NCBI GenBank assembly: GCA_003661365.1
Contig: QMVZ01000001.1
Coordinates: forward strand, 1-40,943
Source: Thermoproteota archaeon
GTDB lineage: Archaea > Korarchaeota > Korarchaeia > Korarchaeales > Korarchaeaceae
Direction: 5' to 3'
Length of the DNA stretch: 40,943 nt
Positions 1-9,701 of this stretch are shown piece by piece. Each line of letters begins with the position of its first letter. Positions within the stretch are counted from its first letter, which is position 1. The notes beneath the pieces were generated by a model. The model saw only the letters and a program-made list of their open reading frames with translations, made no database searches and was not told the DNA's origin. Position numbers and translations under genes: made by a program.

Positions 1-2
1 TA

Positions 3-662
3 GTTGAAGAATCCGCTAGAACAGCATGCACCTTCATAGCGGTTGATAAGGAAGGAAGGAGAGTAATTTACTCTCTGGGAGGAAAGGCCTTACTTGAGTC
101 CCCTAACGAGATAGACCTCTCCTACTTAATGAGTTCACGGATAATATACGTAGGAGAGGCCTACCCTAAGGTAGTGTCTAACGCCCTTTTACATGCAAAG
201 AGGAAGGGGATTACCATAATCTCTAATCCTGGAGTAAACTTCTCTCTATTTGGTGATGAAGCTTTTGATATAATTAGAGCAAGTGATCTCATTGTGATCA
301 GTTCTAAGGAGCTATCTTCCATAAACCGAGACATTAGGGAGGGAGCAAGATATCTCCTTAAGGAGGGTCCAAAAGCTGTCATCGTTACAATGGGATCAGA
401 GGGCTCCTTCCTTATCAACAAGGAGGGAGCTAAACTCATCCCTGCTTTCAGAACTAAGGTCGTAGATACTACGGGAGCTGGAGATGCCTTCACAGCTGGG
501 CTGATTTTTGGTAAACTGAGAGGATGGGGTCTCTCGAAATGTGTGAGGTTCGGAAATGCTGTTGCTACGATTAAGATATCCCATCTTGGCGCAAGAAGTG
601 GCCTTCCTACTGCAGAAGAAGCCTTGAATTTCATCGCAAGAAGTAGAACTAAGACTTCCTAA
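3..662 (+). CDS. PfkB-family (ribokinase-like) carbohydrate kinase, 5' end outside window
   Basis: Frame 3 is open from the window edge (VEESARTACTFIAVDKEGRRVIYSLGG... precedes the first Met at 129). It carries the C-terminal PfkB signature DTTGAGDAFTAGLIFG. Confidence 0.85.
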   Translation, partial: VEESARTACTFIAVDKEGRRVIYSLGGKALLESPNEIDLSYLMSSRIIYVGEAYPKVVSNALLHAKRKGITIISNPGVNFSLFGDEAFDIIRASDLIVISSKELSSINRDIREGARYLLKEGPKAVIVTMGSEGSFLINKEGAKLIPAFRTKVVDTTGAGDAFTAGLIFGKLRGWGLSKCVRFGNAVATIKISHLGARSGLPTAEEALNFIARSRTKTS

Positions 663-777
663 ACCTTTCTGAATTTATTCTTCCTAATCGCTCAGAACAT
701 AGACTATCGCGCCTGAAGAATGAGTAAGTCTCTTAGAGGCATCAAGACTTTATATTTCCCAAGATTCTCTCAAATAG

Positions 778-1812
778 GTGCAGATCTTGAAGTGTCTAGT
801 TTACCGCGGTCGAATGGATGTAAGAGTGGAAGAATGCTCGAGACCAGAGATAAACTCTAATGAGGTGTTAGTTAAGGTTCTTGCCTGTGGACTTTGCACG
901 ACAGATGTTAAAACAATAAGAAAGGGCCACAGATATATAAAGCCTCCTTGTGTTTTAGGACACGAGATAGCAGGGAAGATAGTTGAGATAGGGGAGGATG
1001 TGAAGGGATTTGGGGAGGGGGATCCTGTAGTAGTGGCCCCCTATGTCCCTTGCGACTCCTGTTACTTCTGCTTAAAGGGCCAGTATTCTCTATGTAGCAG
1101 GCTCTTTGAGCAATTTCCTAGACCAGGAGGCTTTGCAGAATTCGTTGCTGTACCAGAGAGAATTGTAAAGAAAGGCCTCATAAAGATGGATGGAGTTAAG
1201 CCAGAAGAAGCGTGCCTCACAGAACCCCTCGCATGTTGCATTCATGGAGTGAGGAACCTAAACCTAAAGCCTCTAGATAACGTTCTTATCATCGGATCAG
1301 GTCCCATGGGTCTCATGCTCCTGCAGGTAGCCAAGCTCTTTGGTTCTTCCGAGGTTATTGTAAGCGATTTGCTGGACGAAAGGTTGGATGTTGCATCAAG
1401 GCTAGGAGCTGACATTACACTTAACCCGGCGAAAGAAAAGGTTTCTACGCGAGTGAAAGATCTAACAGGAGGAAGAGGGGTGGACAAGGTTATTGTAGCT
1501 GTCGGCTCTCCTGAAGCAATTTCTCAAGGGATGTCATGCGTTAGGAAAGGTGGTACTGTTCTGTTATTTGGAGGTTTTCCTCCAGGAACCGCAATGGAAA
1601 TAGATCCCAACTTCGTGCACTACGATGAGGTAAATCTAGTTGGAAGCTTTGGTTTTAGTCCTTCTGACTTCTTCTCTGCTGCTCTCTTAATAAGAAGGGG
1701 GATTATGAGGTTTAAGGAGATAATATCTGAGAAGGTGGGATTTGATCGGGTTTTAGAGGCAGTTAAGCTAGTTTCAGAGGCAAAACGTTTGAAGGTGGTG
1801 GTTCTACCTTGA
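778..1812 (+). CDS. Zn-dependent medium-chain dehydrogenase (sorbitol/threonine dehydrogenase-like)
   Basis: 344 aa. Zn-ADH signature GHEIAGKIVEIGEDV, structural-Zn cysteines CDSCYFCLKGQYSLC, Rossmann motif IIGSGPMGL. GTG start. Confidence 0.88.
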   Translation: MQILKCLVYRGRMDVRVEECSRPEINSNEVLVKVLACGLCTTDVKTIRKGHRYIKPPCVLGHEIAGKIVEIGEDVKGFGEGDPVVVAPYVPCDSCYFCLKGQYSLCSRLFEQFPRPGGFAEFVAVPERIVKKGLIKMDGVKPEEACLTEPLACCIHGVRNLNLKPLDNVLIIGSGPMGLMLLQVAKLFGSSEVIVSDLLDERLDVASRLGADITLNPAKEKVSTRVKDLTGGRGVDKVIVAVGSPEAISQGMSCVRKGGTVLLFGGFPPGTAMEIDPNFVHYDEVNLVGSFGFSPSDFFSAALLIRRGIMRFKEIISEKVGFDRVLEAVKLVSEAKRLKVVVLP

Positions 1813-3281
1813 CTTGCGTTTTAGCAGCGGACATAGGAACCAGCGGATGTAAGCTAGCCTTAGTAGATCCATACGGAAGGGTAACCGCAAAAACTGCAGT
1901 TAGATACGAAGTTATACGTCCTAACTCGATTTGCGCTGAGCAAAACCCTCATACCTGGTGGGAAGCCTTTAAAGAGGGGCTCTCCAGGTTAATAGCGTCA
2001 AAAGGTTCGGATGAAATAGTAGCTGTAGGGATCTCTGGCCAGTCTCCGGTTATTTTACCCGTTGACTCGAGAGGGTACGTTCTCCATAATGCTCTCCTCT
2101 GGATGGACAGAAGAGCTGTTTCACAGGCCAAGAAACTTGCCGAGATCTTCGGCATTAGAGAGGATCCATCTAATGCCTTGGCTAAGATCTTATGGTTTAG
2201 AGATGAGATGCCTCATTTATTCGCTAAAACTTACAAGTTCCTTCAAGCCTCTGATTACATAGCATTTAGGCTTACTGGCACATTCGTCACGGACAAGTTC
2301 ACAGCTATGACAGCTTTCTTCAATCCACATGAGTGGAAATGGCCGAAGGAAGTGGAAGACATGGGCATTATGGAGAAACTACCCGAAGTGGTAGAGCCGG
2401 GCTCTCCCATTGGACATGTTTCAAGATCAGCATCAAAAGAGATAGGTTTAAGAGAGGATACCATAGTTACAGCTGGTTCTATAGACGCTTACCTTGCTGT
2501 GCTTGGCTCTGGGGCTATAAAGCCTGGATCTGCATGTGATATTAGTGGTACATCGACCTGCCTCATGATCACTTCATCTAAACCTGTTCATGATCCAAAG
2601 GAAAGGGTATTTTGCACTCCACACTTCTTGAATGATCTGTTTATAGTCTCTGGGGTTCTATCAACAACTGGAGCTTCAATTAGCTGGTTTCTTGAAGAGT
2701 TTGGAAGAGAGGAAATGTTAAAGGCTTCAGAGATAGGGGAAGATCCTTTTAACCTGCTAATCTCAAGAGCCTCGAAAGTCCCACAAGGAGCTGAAGGACT
2801 TATATTCCTTCCCTACCTTGCAGGGGAGAGGAGCCCTATCTGGGATCCCTTTGCTAAGGGAGCGATAATTGGACTAACCCTCAAACATGGAAAAGGTCAT
2901 GTCGTGAGAGCCATATTAGAGGGATGTGCCTTTGGATTAAGACATGTCCTCGAAATCGCAGAGGAATTAGGAGCTAATGTAAAAGAAATAAGAACTTGTG
3001 GAGGAGCTTCTAAAAGCGACTTGTTGTGTCAAATAAAGGCAAATGTAATTGGGAAACCCATTCTTACATTGAGGGAGCCAGATACATCATTAATTGGTGC
3101 CGCCATCCTAGCCTTCATTGGAAGCGGGATCTATAAGAAAGTCTTAGAAGCTATTGATTCTATTGTCAAGGTTAAGAAAGTCTTCATTCCAGAAGAGGAA
3201 TCTAGAAGAGTATATGACCATTTATTTCGCCTCTACAAGCGATCCTATGATGTTCTCAAAGAGATACTCCACAGCCTATGA
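1809..3281 (+). CDS. FGGY-family carbohydrate kinase (xylulokinase/glycerol kinase-like)
   Basis: 490 aa. N-terminal ADIGTSGCK and C-terminal GGASKSDLLCQIKANVIGKPI motifs are typical of FGGY kinases. TTG start overlaps the upstream stop by 4 nt. Confidence 0.88.
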   Translation: MTCVLAADIGTSGCKLALVDPYGRVTAKTAVRYEVIRPNSICAEQNPHTWWEAFKEGLSRLIASKGSDEIVAVGISGQSPVILPVDSRGYVLHNALLWMDRRAVSQAKKLAEIFGIREDPSNALAKILWFRDEMPHLFAKTYKFLQASDYIAFRLTGTFVTDKFTAMTAFFNPHEWKWPKEVEDMGIMEKLPEVVEPGSPIGHVSRSASKEIGLREDTIVTAGSIDAYLAVLGSGAIKPGSACDISGTSTCLMITSSKPVHDPKERVFCTPHFLNDLFIVSGVLSTTGASISWFLEEFGREEMLKASEIGEDPFNLLISRASKVPQGAEGLIFLPYLAGERSPIWDPFAKGAIIGLTLKHGKGHVVRAILEGCAFGLRHVLEIAEELGANVKEIRTCGGASKSDLLCQIKANVIGKPILTLREPDTSLIGAAILAFIGSGIYKKVLEAIDSIVKVKKVFIPEEESRRVYDHLFRLYKRSYDVLKEILHSL

Positions 3282-3697
3282 TCCTTTTGAATGTCTAACC
3301 CCTTTTCTCAGAGAATCTCTTACCTATTATTGGCAAAGTTCCGAACGATCCCTATGAGATGAGAATTTTCACGAACAATCTTTATCGTACTAGTTCAGCA
3401 TCCTATGGGGAGGAAATCCTACCATATGCAATCTTTCATGGGAAAACAAGATTGTGGTCCATACAAGAGGTTACTCATAGAATCGGATTGACAATGGTCC
3501 TAATTCTAGTCTTCATGCCTAAAAAGAAAAGATCTTGAGGTCTTGAGTTATTTGATGAGTGGTTTTGTACGGAGCAGATTAAGCTGCAGTTATCCGATAT
3601 TAGATTCATCTAAAGTAATAAATCAGGAGAGAGGAGAACAGTCTAGATCTTTTATACAAATTTTTAAGTTATAAAAAGAAGAGAGAAGTTAGCTAAG

Positions 3698-4237
3698 GTG
3701 GGAAAAGTGGGAAAGTCGACTCTTATTGCTGTTGTCATAATAATCATCCTTGTTGCCATAGGCGGGTTTTACAGCTACCAACAGATGACTAAACCTAAGA
3801 GTCCAACCGGGGAAGTTGTTCTGAAGGTTAAGGGGAAGATAACGAGAACCAATGTAGGTAATGAGTATCACTTTGATCTAGCCATGCTTGAGAAGATGAT
3901 AGACACAGAGTTTGATTGGGAGTGTCCGTGGTTTGGCAAATATCATTGGGAAGGAATATCTCTAGTTACACTTCTTAAGGAATTGGGTGTTCCTGATGAC
4001 GCTAAGTACATCAAGTTCACTGCTAAGGATGGAGTAACTGCTGAATATCCGATAAGCATGCTGAAAGAGCATCCCAACATAATTCTAGCAATAAAAATGG
4101 ACGGTGAATACATACCTGACGATAAAGTTGGTCCTCTGAGGGTTGTAATCCCTTATGATCAGTATCCAGAACTTGAAGAGGACTATCCTCCATTCCCCTT
4201 CACAGTTGGATGGATTATAGAGGCAGAGGTTGGCTAA
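3698..4237 (+). CDS. membrane-anchored protein with molybdopterin-oxidoreductase-like (YedY/sulfite-oxidase type) domain
   Basis: 179 aa. N-terminal TM helix (LIAVVIIIILVAIGGFY). WEGISLVTLLKELGV...FTAKDGVTAEY...ILAIKMDGEYIP...GPLRVVIP matches my memory of the Oxidored_molyb domain core. Confidence 0.6.
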   Translation: MGKVGKSTLIAVVIIIILVAIGGFYSYQQMTKPKSPTGEVVLKVKGKITRTNVGNEYHFDLAMLEKMIDTEFDWECPWFGKYHWEGISLVTLLKELGVPDDAKYIKFTAKDGVTAEYPISMLKEHPNIILAIKMDGEYIPDDKVGPLRVVIPYDQYPELEEDYPPFPFTVGWIIEAEVG

Positions 4238-4238
4238 T

Positions 4239-4267
4239 CTTTTCCTCCTTCTATTTTTTCTTTTTTA
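4239..4267 (+). terminator. oligo-T tract, candidate archaeal intrinsic terminator
   Basis: Two T6 runs (4254-4259 and 4261-4266) lie directly after the stop at 4237. Confidence 0.35.
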
Positions 4268-4390
4268 CTTCTATCTAGTGTAGGACTCATAGAGGTTAGA
4301 TCTTATTTTTACCGGGGTTTAATGTGTAATCTGATGATGCATCTCCAGTCTAACTCTTCGTTATAACACTATAATATTCTCCTAGAGCGA

Positions 4391-4441
4391 GGGTTTGCAT
4401 TAAACCCATAAAAATTTATCATTTGGCAGTGGTGTTGCCAA
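4391..4441 (+). promoter_or_regulatory. candidate promoter/operator of the ECF operon
   Basis: Hairpin/palindrome GGGTTT-gcatt-AAACCC (4391-4407). A/T box cataaaaatttat (about 4408-4419). Palindrome TTGGCA-N7-TGCCAA (4423-4441), which ends 25 nt upstream of the ATG at 4466. Confidence 0.3.
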
Positions 4442-4465
4442 TCGTAGGATCAAGTTATCTTCTTT

Positions 4466-6202
4466 ATGGAGGGGTTGGGGCTGGCAAAGGATGTAATTGT
4501 CGTTGATAAACTCACCTACTATTATCCTCATTCAGAGGAGCCAGCTCTCAAAGGAATTAATCTAAAGGTGAAACAAGGAGAAATAGTTACCATAATGGGA
4601 CATACTGGGTGTGGGAAGAGTACTTTATGTCTGACCTTCAACGGGGTAATCCCTCACGCTATTGGAGGGGATCTTGAGGGAAAAGTGGTTATTGACGGTC
4701 TAGATGTTATGGAGCATGACATACCAGAGCTAGCTAGGAGGGTGGGCATGGTCTTCCAAGATCCAGAAACCCAGTTATTTTCTGTTACAGTCAAGTCTGA
4801 AGTGGCGTTTGGTCCTGAGAACTTGATGCTCCCAAGGGAGGAAATAATAGAAAGGGTTTACTGGGCTCTTGAGGCTACAAGACTTAAAGGTTATGAGGAA
4901 AGAGCTCCTACAAAGCTTTCTGGAGGGGAAAAACAGCAAGTTGCCCTAGCAGCCGCCATGGCGATGAGGCCCAAGATATTAGTTTTAGATGAGCCTACAT
5001 CAGAGCTTGATCCTGTAGGGACCAGGAAGATCTTCTCACTAATAAAGGAATTGAACAAGAGGTATGGAATTACTTTCGTCATAATAGAGCATAAAGAAGA
5101 AGCAGTTAGGCTCTCAGACAGGATAATTTTGATGAAGGATGGAAAAGTAATAGGAGAAGGAAGGCCTCCAAGGGTTTTTTCTGAAATAGACTCTGTGAAA
5201 GAATCAAGGGTGAGGGTTCCTCAGATATCTCAGCTCTTTTACAAACTGAAGGAAAGGGGTCTGGACATTGGAAGGCTTCCCTTATCAACAGAGGAAGCAT
5301 ATCATATCCTGAAAGATCTTCTTAATAAAGAGAAGGCAGAGGATCTCCCTGTAGAAGCAAGTAAAAGAGATATTGAATCTCAACCAGTGATAAAAACCAA
5401 AGATCTGTTTTTCCAGTACAAAAACGGACCTGTAGCCCTTAAAAGGATAAATTTAGAGGTATATCAAGGGGAGTTTACCGCTATAATAGGTCAGAACGGG
5501 GCCGGGAAGACTACTCTCGCAAAACACTTCAATGGGCTCCTTAAACCAACGAAGGGAGACGTAATAATAGACGGTATGAATACGAAAGACGCCCTCATTA
5601 CGGATTTAGCTAAGACCGTTGGTTTCGTTTTTCAGAATCCAGATCATCAATTTTTCTCGTTTACCGTAGAGGAGGAAGTGGCATTTGGGCCAAGAAACTT
5701 AGGACTTAGCGAAGAGGAGGTTAAGAGCAGGGTTGATGAAGCTCTAAGGATGGTAGGGTTAGAGCAAATGCGAAACAGACATCCCTTCACCCTTAGCAGA
5801 GGGCAAAGGCAGAGATTGGCAGTAGCATCGGTTCTAGCGATGCATCCAAAAATCATAGTGCTCGATGAGCCCACCACAGGGCAAGATGAGGTTGCAATAA
5901 ACCAGATTATGACCTTAGTAAACAAGTTAAGAGAAGAAGGAAGGACGATTCTGATGATAACCCATGATATGTCCATAGTGACTAAATATGCAGAAAGGAC
6001 GATTGTGCTATGCCAGGGAGAGGTGCTCTTAGATGGTCCGACTAGGGAAGTTTTTTCCCATCCAGAGATACTAGAGAAAAGCCACATTGACATCCCTCCG
6101 ATAATGAAGCTAGCTAGGATGTTGTCCGAATATGGAATTCCTAGCAATGTCCTTACGGTGGAGGAGATGTGCGATATGATAATGAGAAAGGCAGGTGGAT
6201 GA
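4466..6202 (+). CDS. ecfA: ECF transporter energy-coupling ATPase, fused double ABC domain (EcfA1-EcfA2/CbiO-like)
   Basis: 578 aa with two ABC cassettes. Walker A GHTGCGKST and GQNGAGKTT, signatures LSGGEKQ and LSRGQRQ, Walker B LVLDEPT and IVLDEPT. Confidence 0.92.
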   Translation: MEGLGLAKDVIVVDKLTYYYPHSEEPALKGINLKVKQGEIVTIMGHTGCGKSTLCLTFNGVIPHAIGGDLEGKVVIDGLDVMEHDIPELARRVGMVFQDPETQLFSVTVKSEVAFGPENLMLPREEIIERVYWALEATRLKGYEERAPTKLSGGEKQQVALAAAMAMRPKILVLDEPTSELDPVGTRKIFSLIKELNKRYGITFVIIEHKEEAVRLSDRIILMKDGKVIGEGRPPRVFSEIDSVKESRVRVPQISQLFYKLKERGLDIGRLPLSTEEAYHILKDLLNKEKAEDLPVEASKRDIESQPVIKTKDLFFQYKNGPVALKRINLEVYQGEFTAIIGQNGAGKTTLAKHFNGLLKPTKGDVIIDGMNTKDALITDLAKTVGFVFQNPDHQFFSFTVEEEVAFGPRNLGLSEEEVKSRVDEALRMVGLEQMRNRHPFTLSRGQRQRLAVASVLAMHPKIIVLDEPTTGQDEVAINQIMTLVNKLREEGRTILMITHDMSIVTKYAERTIVLCQGEVLLDGPTREVFSHPEILEKSHIDIPPIMKLARMLSEYGIPSNVLTVEEMCDMIMRKAGG

Positions 6203-7025
6203 GATGTCTCTTGTTCACTATTATCCCGGGGATTCTTTTTTTCACAAGTTAGATCCTAGAGTGAAGATGCTCTGGCTAGCCTGCATGTTCGTTTTATCCT
6301 TCATCTTCAACCATCCGTTACATCTAGGAGTTCTCTTCATTAGCGTCCTTTTCCTCTGGATATACATGAAGATCCCCTTCTCAGAGTTAAAGCTCTTCTT
6401 CAAGGCTCTGACAATAGTGGCAATAGTTACCTTCTTCTTTCAACTTCTCTTCTACCCAGGAGAACATGCCATCGTATCCTTCTCCATCCCTAGATGGATT
6501 CCTTACTTCGGAGGAGTCACCGCTATAACGATTGAGGGTCTTGTAAACGGAATAGCCATGGTCCTGAGGCTATTCATAATCGTACTTACAATGCCAGTGA
6601 TTACGATGTCCACCTCCCTAGAGCACCTCATCATAAGCCTGATAAGGATGGGAATGCCCTATGAAATAGCCTTTGCAGCTACAACCGCCTTAAACCTAGT
6701 TCCAGTACTTCAGTCAGATGCTCTGAAGATAATAGATGCCCAGAAGGCTAGGGCTTTTACAGCATTGGAGAGGGGGAGTTTCAAAGATAAAATAAAGGCT
6801 TACGTCCCCCTAATCGTCCCTCTTATGGTTGGATCTCTTAAGAAGGGTCAACAACTTGAGGTTGCCATGGAGTCAAGGGCATTTGGAGCATATGAGAGTA
6901 GGACCTACCTAACAGAGATAAGAATGCGATCCATAGATTATGTTTTTGCCGCATTCTTCGTTATTATTACGATTCTCTGCCTTGCCTTGAGAATCCTGAA
7001 AGGATTCGGGGCTTTCAGATTGTAA
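6195..7025 (+). CDS. ecfT: ECF transporter transmembrane T component (EcfT/CbiQ family)
   Basis: 276 aa polytopic membrane protein. Conserved C-terminal AQKARAF...EVAMESRAF motifs. Overlaps the ATPase gene by 8 nt. Confidence 0.88.
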   Translation: MDEMSLVHYYPGDSFFHKLDPRVKMLWLACMFVLSFIFNHPLHLGVLFISVLFLWIYMKIPFSELKLFFKALTIVAIVTFFFQLLFYPGEHAIVSFSIPRWIPYFGGVTAITIEGLVNGIAMVLRLFIIVLTMPVITMSTSLEHLIISLIRMGMPYEIAFAATTALNLVPVLQSDALKIIDAQKARAFTALERGSFKDKIKAYVPLIVPLMVGSLKKGQQLEVAMESRAFGAYESRTYLTEIRMRSIDYVFAAFFVIITILCLALRILKGFGAFRL

Positions 7026-7065
7026 GACTTATTAGTTTTCGCTTGGTTCGTCTATAGGTGACTGA

Positions 7066-7806
7066 ATGGTTAGAAGAAGAGGTAGAATAGCAGAAGTTCA
7101 TGTGGCTTACATAGCGATTTCGGCAGCTGTGACAACAGCTGCCGCTTACATACCAATGTTCCCAGTTATAGGAGCTGGCTCTATGATGAGCGCTGGTATG
7201 ATAGTCGTTCCGTTGGTCGGGATATTGTTAGGCCCGACAGCGGGAACTTTGGCGGTAGCGATAGGGGCTTTTCTGGGACAGATAGTGGCTCCTTATGGGG
7301 CTATATTTGGTTTAATAACGTTCTTGTGCCCTATGACTAATGCCTTTGTAGCCAGCCTGTTGGCATTTAGGAAGTGGAAAGAGGGAATTTGCGCATTAGG
7401 GCTTACGATATTGATGTGGTATGTGATTACCAGCATTAAATGGGCTGGAGATCCTTACGCCTCAGTAAGGTGGTATTTTCCATTCTTACATCTGGCCTCG
7501 TTTGCTTCCCTTCTGATCATGAGGGGTAAGATTGGTGAGTGGATTGAAGGCCTTGATCCAAAAAAAGTTCCTATAGGAATATTTCTGTCCGCGTTGGCAG
7601 GTTTGTTGGCTGAGCACATGGTTGGAAACGCTATATATGTAGGAATATATTCAGGCCCAGCCAGAGTATATGCGTTTGTCCTTTCCATATATTGGATTGA
7701 GAGGCTACTCGGAGCCATTGGAGCGACGCTTGTCGGAACCCCCTTGCTTATAGCTCTATACAAGGCTAGAGTAGAAATTGGGCCCTGGTCTCTTAGAGAA
7801 GGTTGA
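7066..7806 (+). CDS. putative ECF substrate-capture (S) component, integral membrane protein
   Basis: 246 aa with about 6 predicted TM helices. Sits immediately downstream of ecfA and ecfT. No specific S-family was recognised. Confidence 0.55.
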   Translation: MVRRRGRIAEVHVAYIAISAAVTTAAAYIPMFPVIGAGSMMSAGMIVVPLVGILLGPTAGTLAVAIGAFLGQIVAPYGAIFGLITFLCPMTNAFVASLLAFRKWKEGICALGLTILMWYVITSIKWAGDPYASVRWYFPFLHLASFASLLIMRGKIGEWIEGLDPKKVPIGIFLSALAGLLAEHMVGNAIYVGIYSGPARVYAFVLSIYWIERLLGAIGATLVGTPLLIALYKARVEIGPWSLREG

Positions 7807-7827
7807 GTTGTGGCAGGTTAAACTAAA

Positions 7828-8841
7828 TTGGATGTTATAAAGAGCATTTACGAGAAAGCTCTCGGTACTCTCGCTGCCTTAGCGATAGGAGATGCAATGG
7901 GCATGCCAGTTGAAATGCTTTCATTGGAGGAGATAAAGGAGATATATGGTGTAATAGAGGGGCTCGAGAAACCTCCCTCATGGCACATCCACAGTTCGTT
8001 TCCGCCTGGAAGGGTTACCGACGACACAGAGTTAACTCTGCTCCTAGCAAATGCTATCATTAGAACAGGTGGGGATTTAAAGGCTGAGGACTTCGCCGTT
8101 GAGCTGCGAAAGTGGGCAAAAAGTGGAGCATTTAACCTTGACTACATCGGACCAGCCACTAGAAAAGCTCTGAAGAAGTTAGTCATGGGGGTTTCTCCAA
8201 GAGAGTCTGGAGGGAGGGGGAGTACTTGTGGAGCGGCAATTAGGGTATCTCCCGTAGGCATAGTAAACGCGTGCAATTTTAAGGCTGCTGCTTTGATGGC
8301 TGTCGAATCATCTCTTCCTACTCATGGAGGTAAACCTGCGTTAGCAGGGGCCTCAGCAATAGCCTCGGCCATAGCTGAAGCTATGAGGGAAGGAAGTACA
8401 GTGGATTCTATCGTCAGAGCTGCTATTTTAGGATCTAAAATTGGAGAGAAGTTTGGAAGACCAGTTCCTTCAGCATCAGTATCAAAGAGAATTGAGCTTG
8501 CTGCATGTATCTCTAATAAAATAGATGATCCTGAAAAAGCTTCCTTAGAAATACGGGATATAATAGGCACAGGTATGGAAACCGCAGAGGCTGTACCAGC
8601 TGCCATTGGGATCTTCATCGCCAGCAGAGGAGATCCAATGAAGGCCATACACCTAGCGGTGAACTTAGGAGGAGACACTGATTCCGTGGCATCTATGGCT
8701 GGAGCGATCTCTGGTGCGTGGAAAGGGATTCAAGCAGTGGACAGGAAGATACTTAAAGAAGTTGAGGATGTAAATGGTCTTAATCTGGAGGATTTGGCAA
8801 TGAAACTTACAAATATAGCTTTGAGAAAGCTAAGAACATGA
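7828..8841 (+). CDS. ADP-ribosylglycohydrolase-family (DraG/ARH-fold) protein
   Basis: 337 aa. N-terminal GDAMGMPVE and C-terminal GGDTDSVASMAGAISGA metal-binding motifs of the ARH family. TTG start 21 nt after the S component. Confidence 0.85.
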   Translation: MDVIKSIYEKALGTLAALAIGDAMGMPVEMLSLEEIKEIYGVIEGLEKPPSWHIHSSFPPGRVTDDTELTLLLANAIIRTGGDLKAEDFAVELRKWAKSGAFNLDYIGPATRKALKKLVMGVSPRESGGRGSTCGAAIRVSPVGIVNACNFKAAALMAVESSLPTHGGKPALAGASAIASAIAEAMREGSTVDSIVRAAILGSKIGEKFGRPVPSASVSKRIELAACISNKIDDPEKASLEIRDIIGTGMETAEAVPAAIGIFIASRGDPMKAIHLAVNLGGDTDSVASMAGAISGAWKGIQAVDRKILKEVEDVNGLNLEDLAMKLTNIALRKLRT

Positions 8842-8860
8842 TCTAAAGTAGAATACTCTG

Positions 8861-9586
8861 TTAACTTTCCCCATGTATGAGTTTAGCTAACGATTTAACG
8901 ACAGTTTCTGGGTTCTCCGTTTGCCAAATGTTCCTTCCAAATGCTATTCCTCGAGCTCCAGCATCAAGCGCATCCTTTACTATCGAAAAGAGTTTTTCAT
9001 CGCTTTCGATCTTCGGACCACCAAGTATGACAATCGGTATTGGGCAAGATTCCACCACTTTAGCGAAGGATCTCTTATCTCCTGTGTAGAATGTCTTCAC
9101 GAAGTCTGCTCCAGCTTCAGCTGCTATACGTGAGACTTTTGCAATTATCTCTGCGTTATACCTATCCTTTGTCTTTGGATACATCTCGGCCATGAGTGGA
9201 AGACCCCATTCCTCGCATATTATGGCCAACTCGCACAAAGAGTTGATGTTCTCAACTTCTTCAGGCACATGCGTGAATACCATCATCTTGATCGCATCCG
9301 CTCCAAGTCTAATGGCTTCCTTCACAACTTCCTCATAATCAACTAGTCCACTACTAATGCTCATTATAGTCGAGACTTTACCTGCCACTTCTGAGGACGC
9401 CATCCTTAGAATTCCTGGGTTTAGCATGAGGGCATCTGCTCCTCCTTTTATCACCCTTCCGATAGTTCTTATAGGATTCTCTATGCCAGGTAAAGGACCA
9501 AGCGCTATGCCGTGATCCATGGCTACTATTAGAGTTCTTCCATCCTCCCTAAAGATCCTCCCTAACCTTATCTCTTTTCCCGCCAA
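8861..9586 (-). CDS. DhnA-family class I aldolase (archaeal FBP aldolase / ADH synthase / LsrF-like)
   Basis: 241 aa. LIVAMDHG, GADALMLNPG and GADFVKTFYTG (candidate Schiff-base Lys) are typical of the DhnA/DeoC-like class I aldolase family. Confidence 0.8.
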   Translation of the reverse strand: MAGKEIRLGRIFREDGRTLIVAMDHGIALGPLPGIENPIRTIGRVIKGGADALMLNPGILRMASSEVAGKVSTIMSISSGLVDYEEVVKEAIRLGADAIKMMVFTHVPEEVENINSLCELAIICEEWGLPLMAEMYPKTKDRYNAEIIAKVSRIAAEAGADFVKTFYTGDKRSFAKVVESCPIPIVILGGPKIESDEKLFSIVKDALDAGARGIAFGRNIWQTENPETVVKSLAKLIHGES

Positions 9587-9701
9587 CCTATCACCTGAAT
9601 AGTTAAGCCTTAGTTATTTTTAGCCTTCGCCCTCTCCTTCTGGATAGTCAAGAAAAGCCCTAGGGGCTATTTTTAGTTTACAGTTCATAGTAAAATTTCA
9701 A

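Noticed and set aside
161-634. Long antisense ORFs opposite well-supported genes: 161-634(-), 5647-6147(-), 9964-10431(+), 16937-17494(-), 29578-30060(-), 35503-36024(+), 36238-36579(+), 7455-7763(-), 8322-8678(-).
   Set aside because: Each lies fully inside a gene with strong family motifs on the other strand. Each has Ser/Pro/Leu-rich shadow-frame composition and no recognisable motif.
3282-3697. A 416-nt gap with a 59-codon ORF (3360-3539) and the 67-aa track ORF 3154-3357. Considered as a small gene, a decayed gene or an ncRNA.
   Set aside because: There is no motif, no convincing start context, no extended stem structures, and the frames are fragmented on both strands. It is probably promoter/terminator spacer or unrecognisable gene debris.
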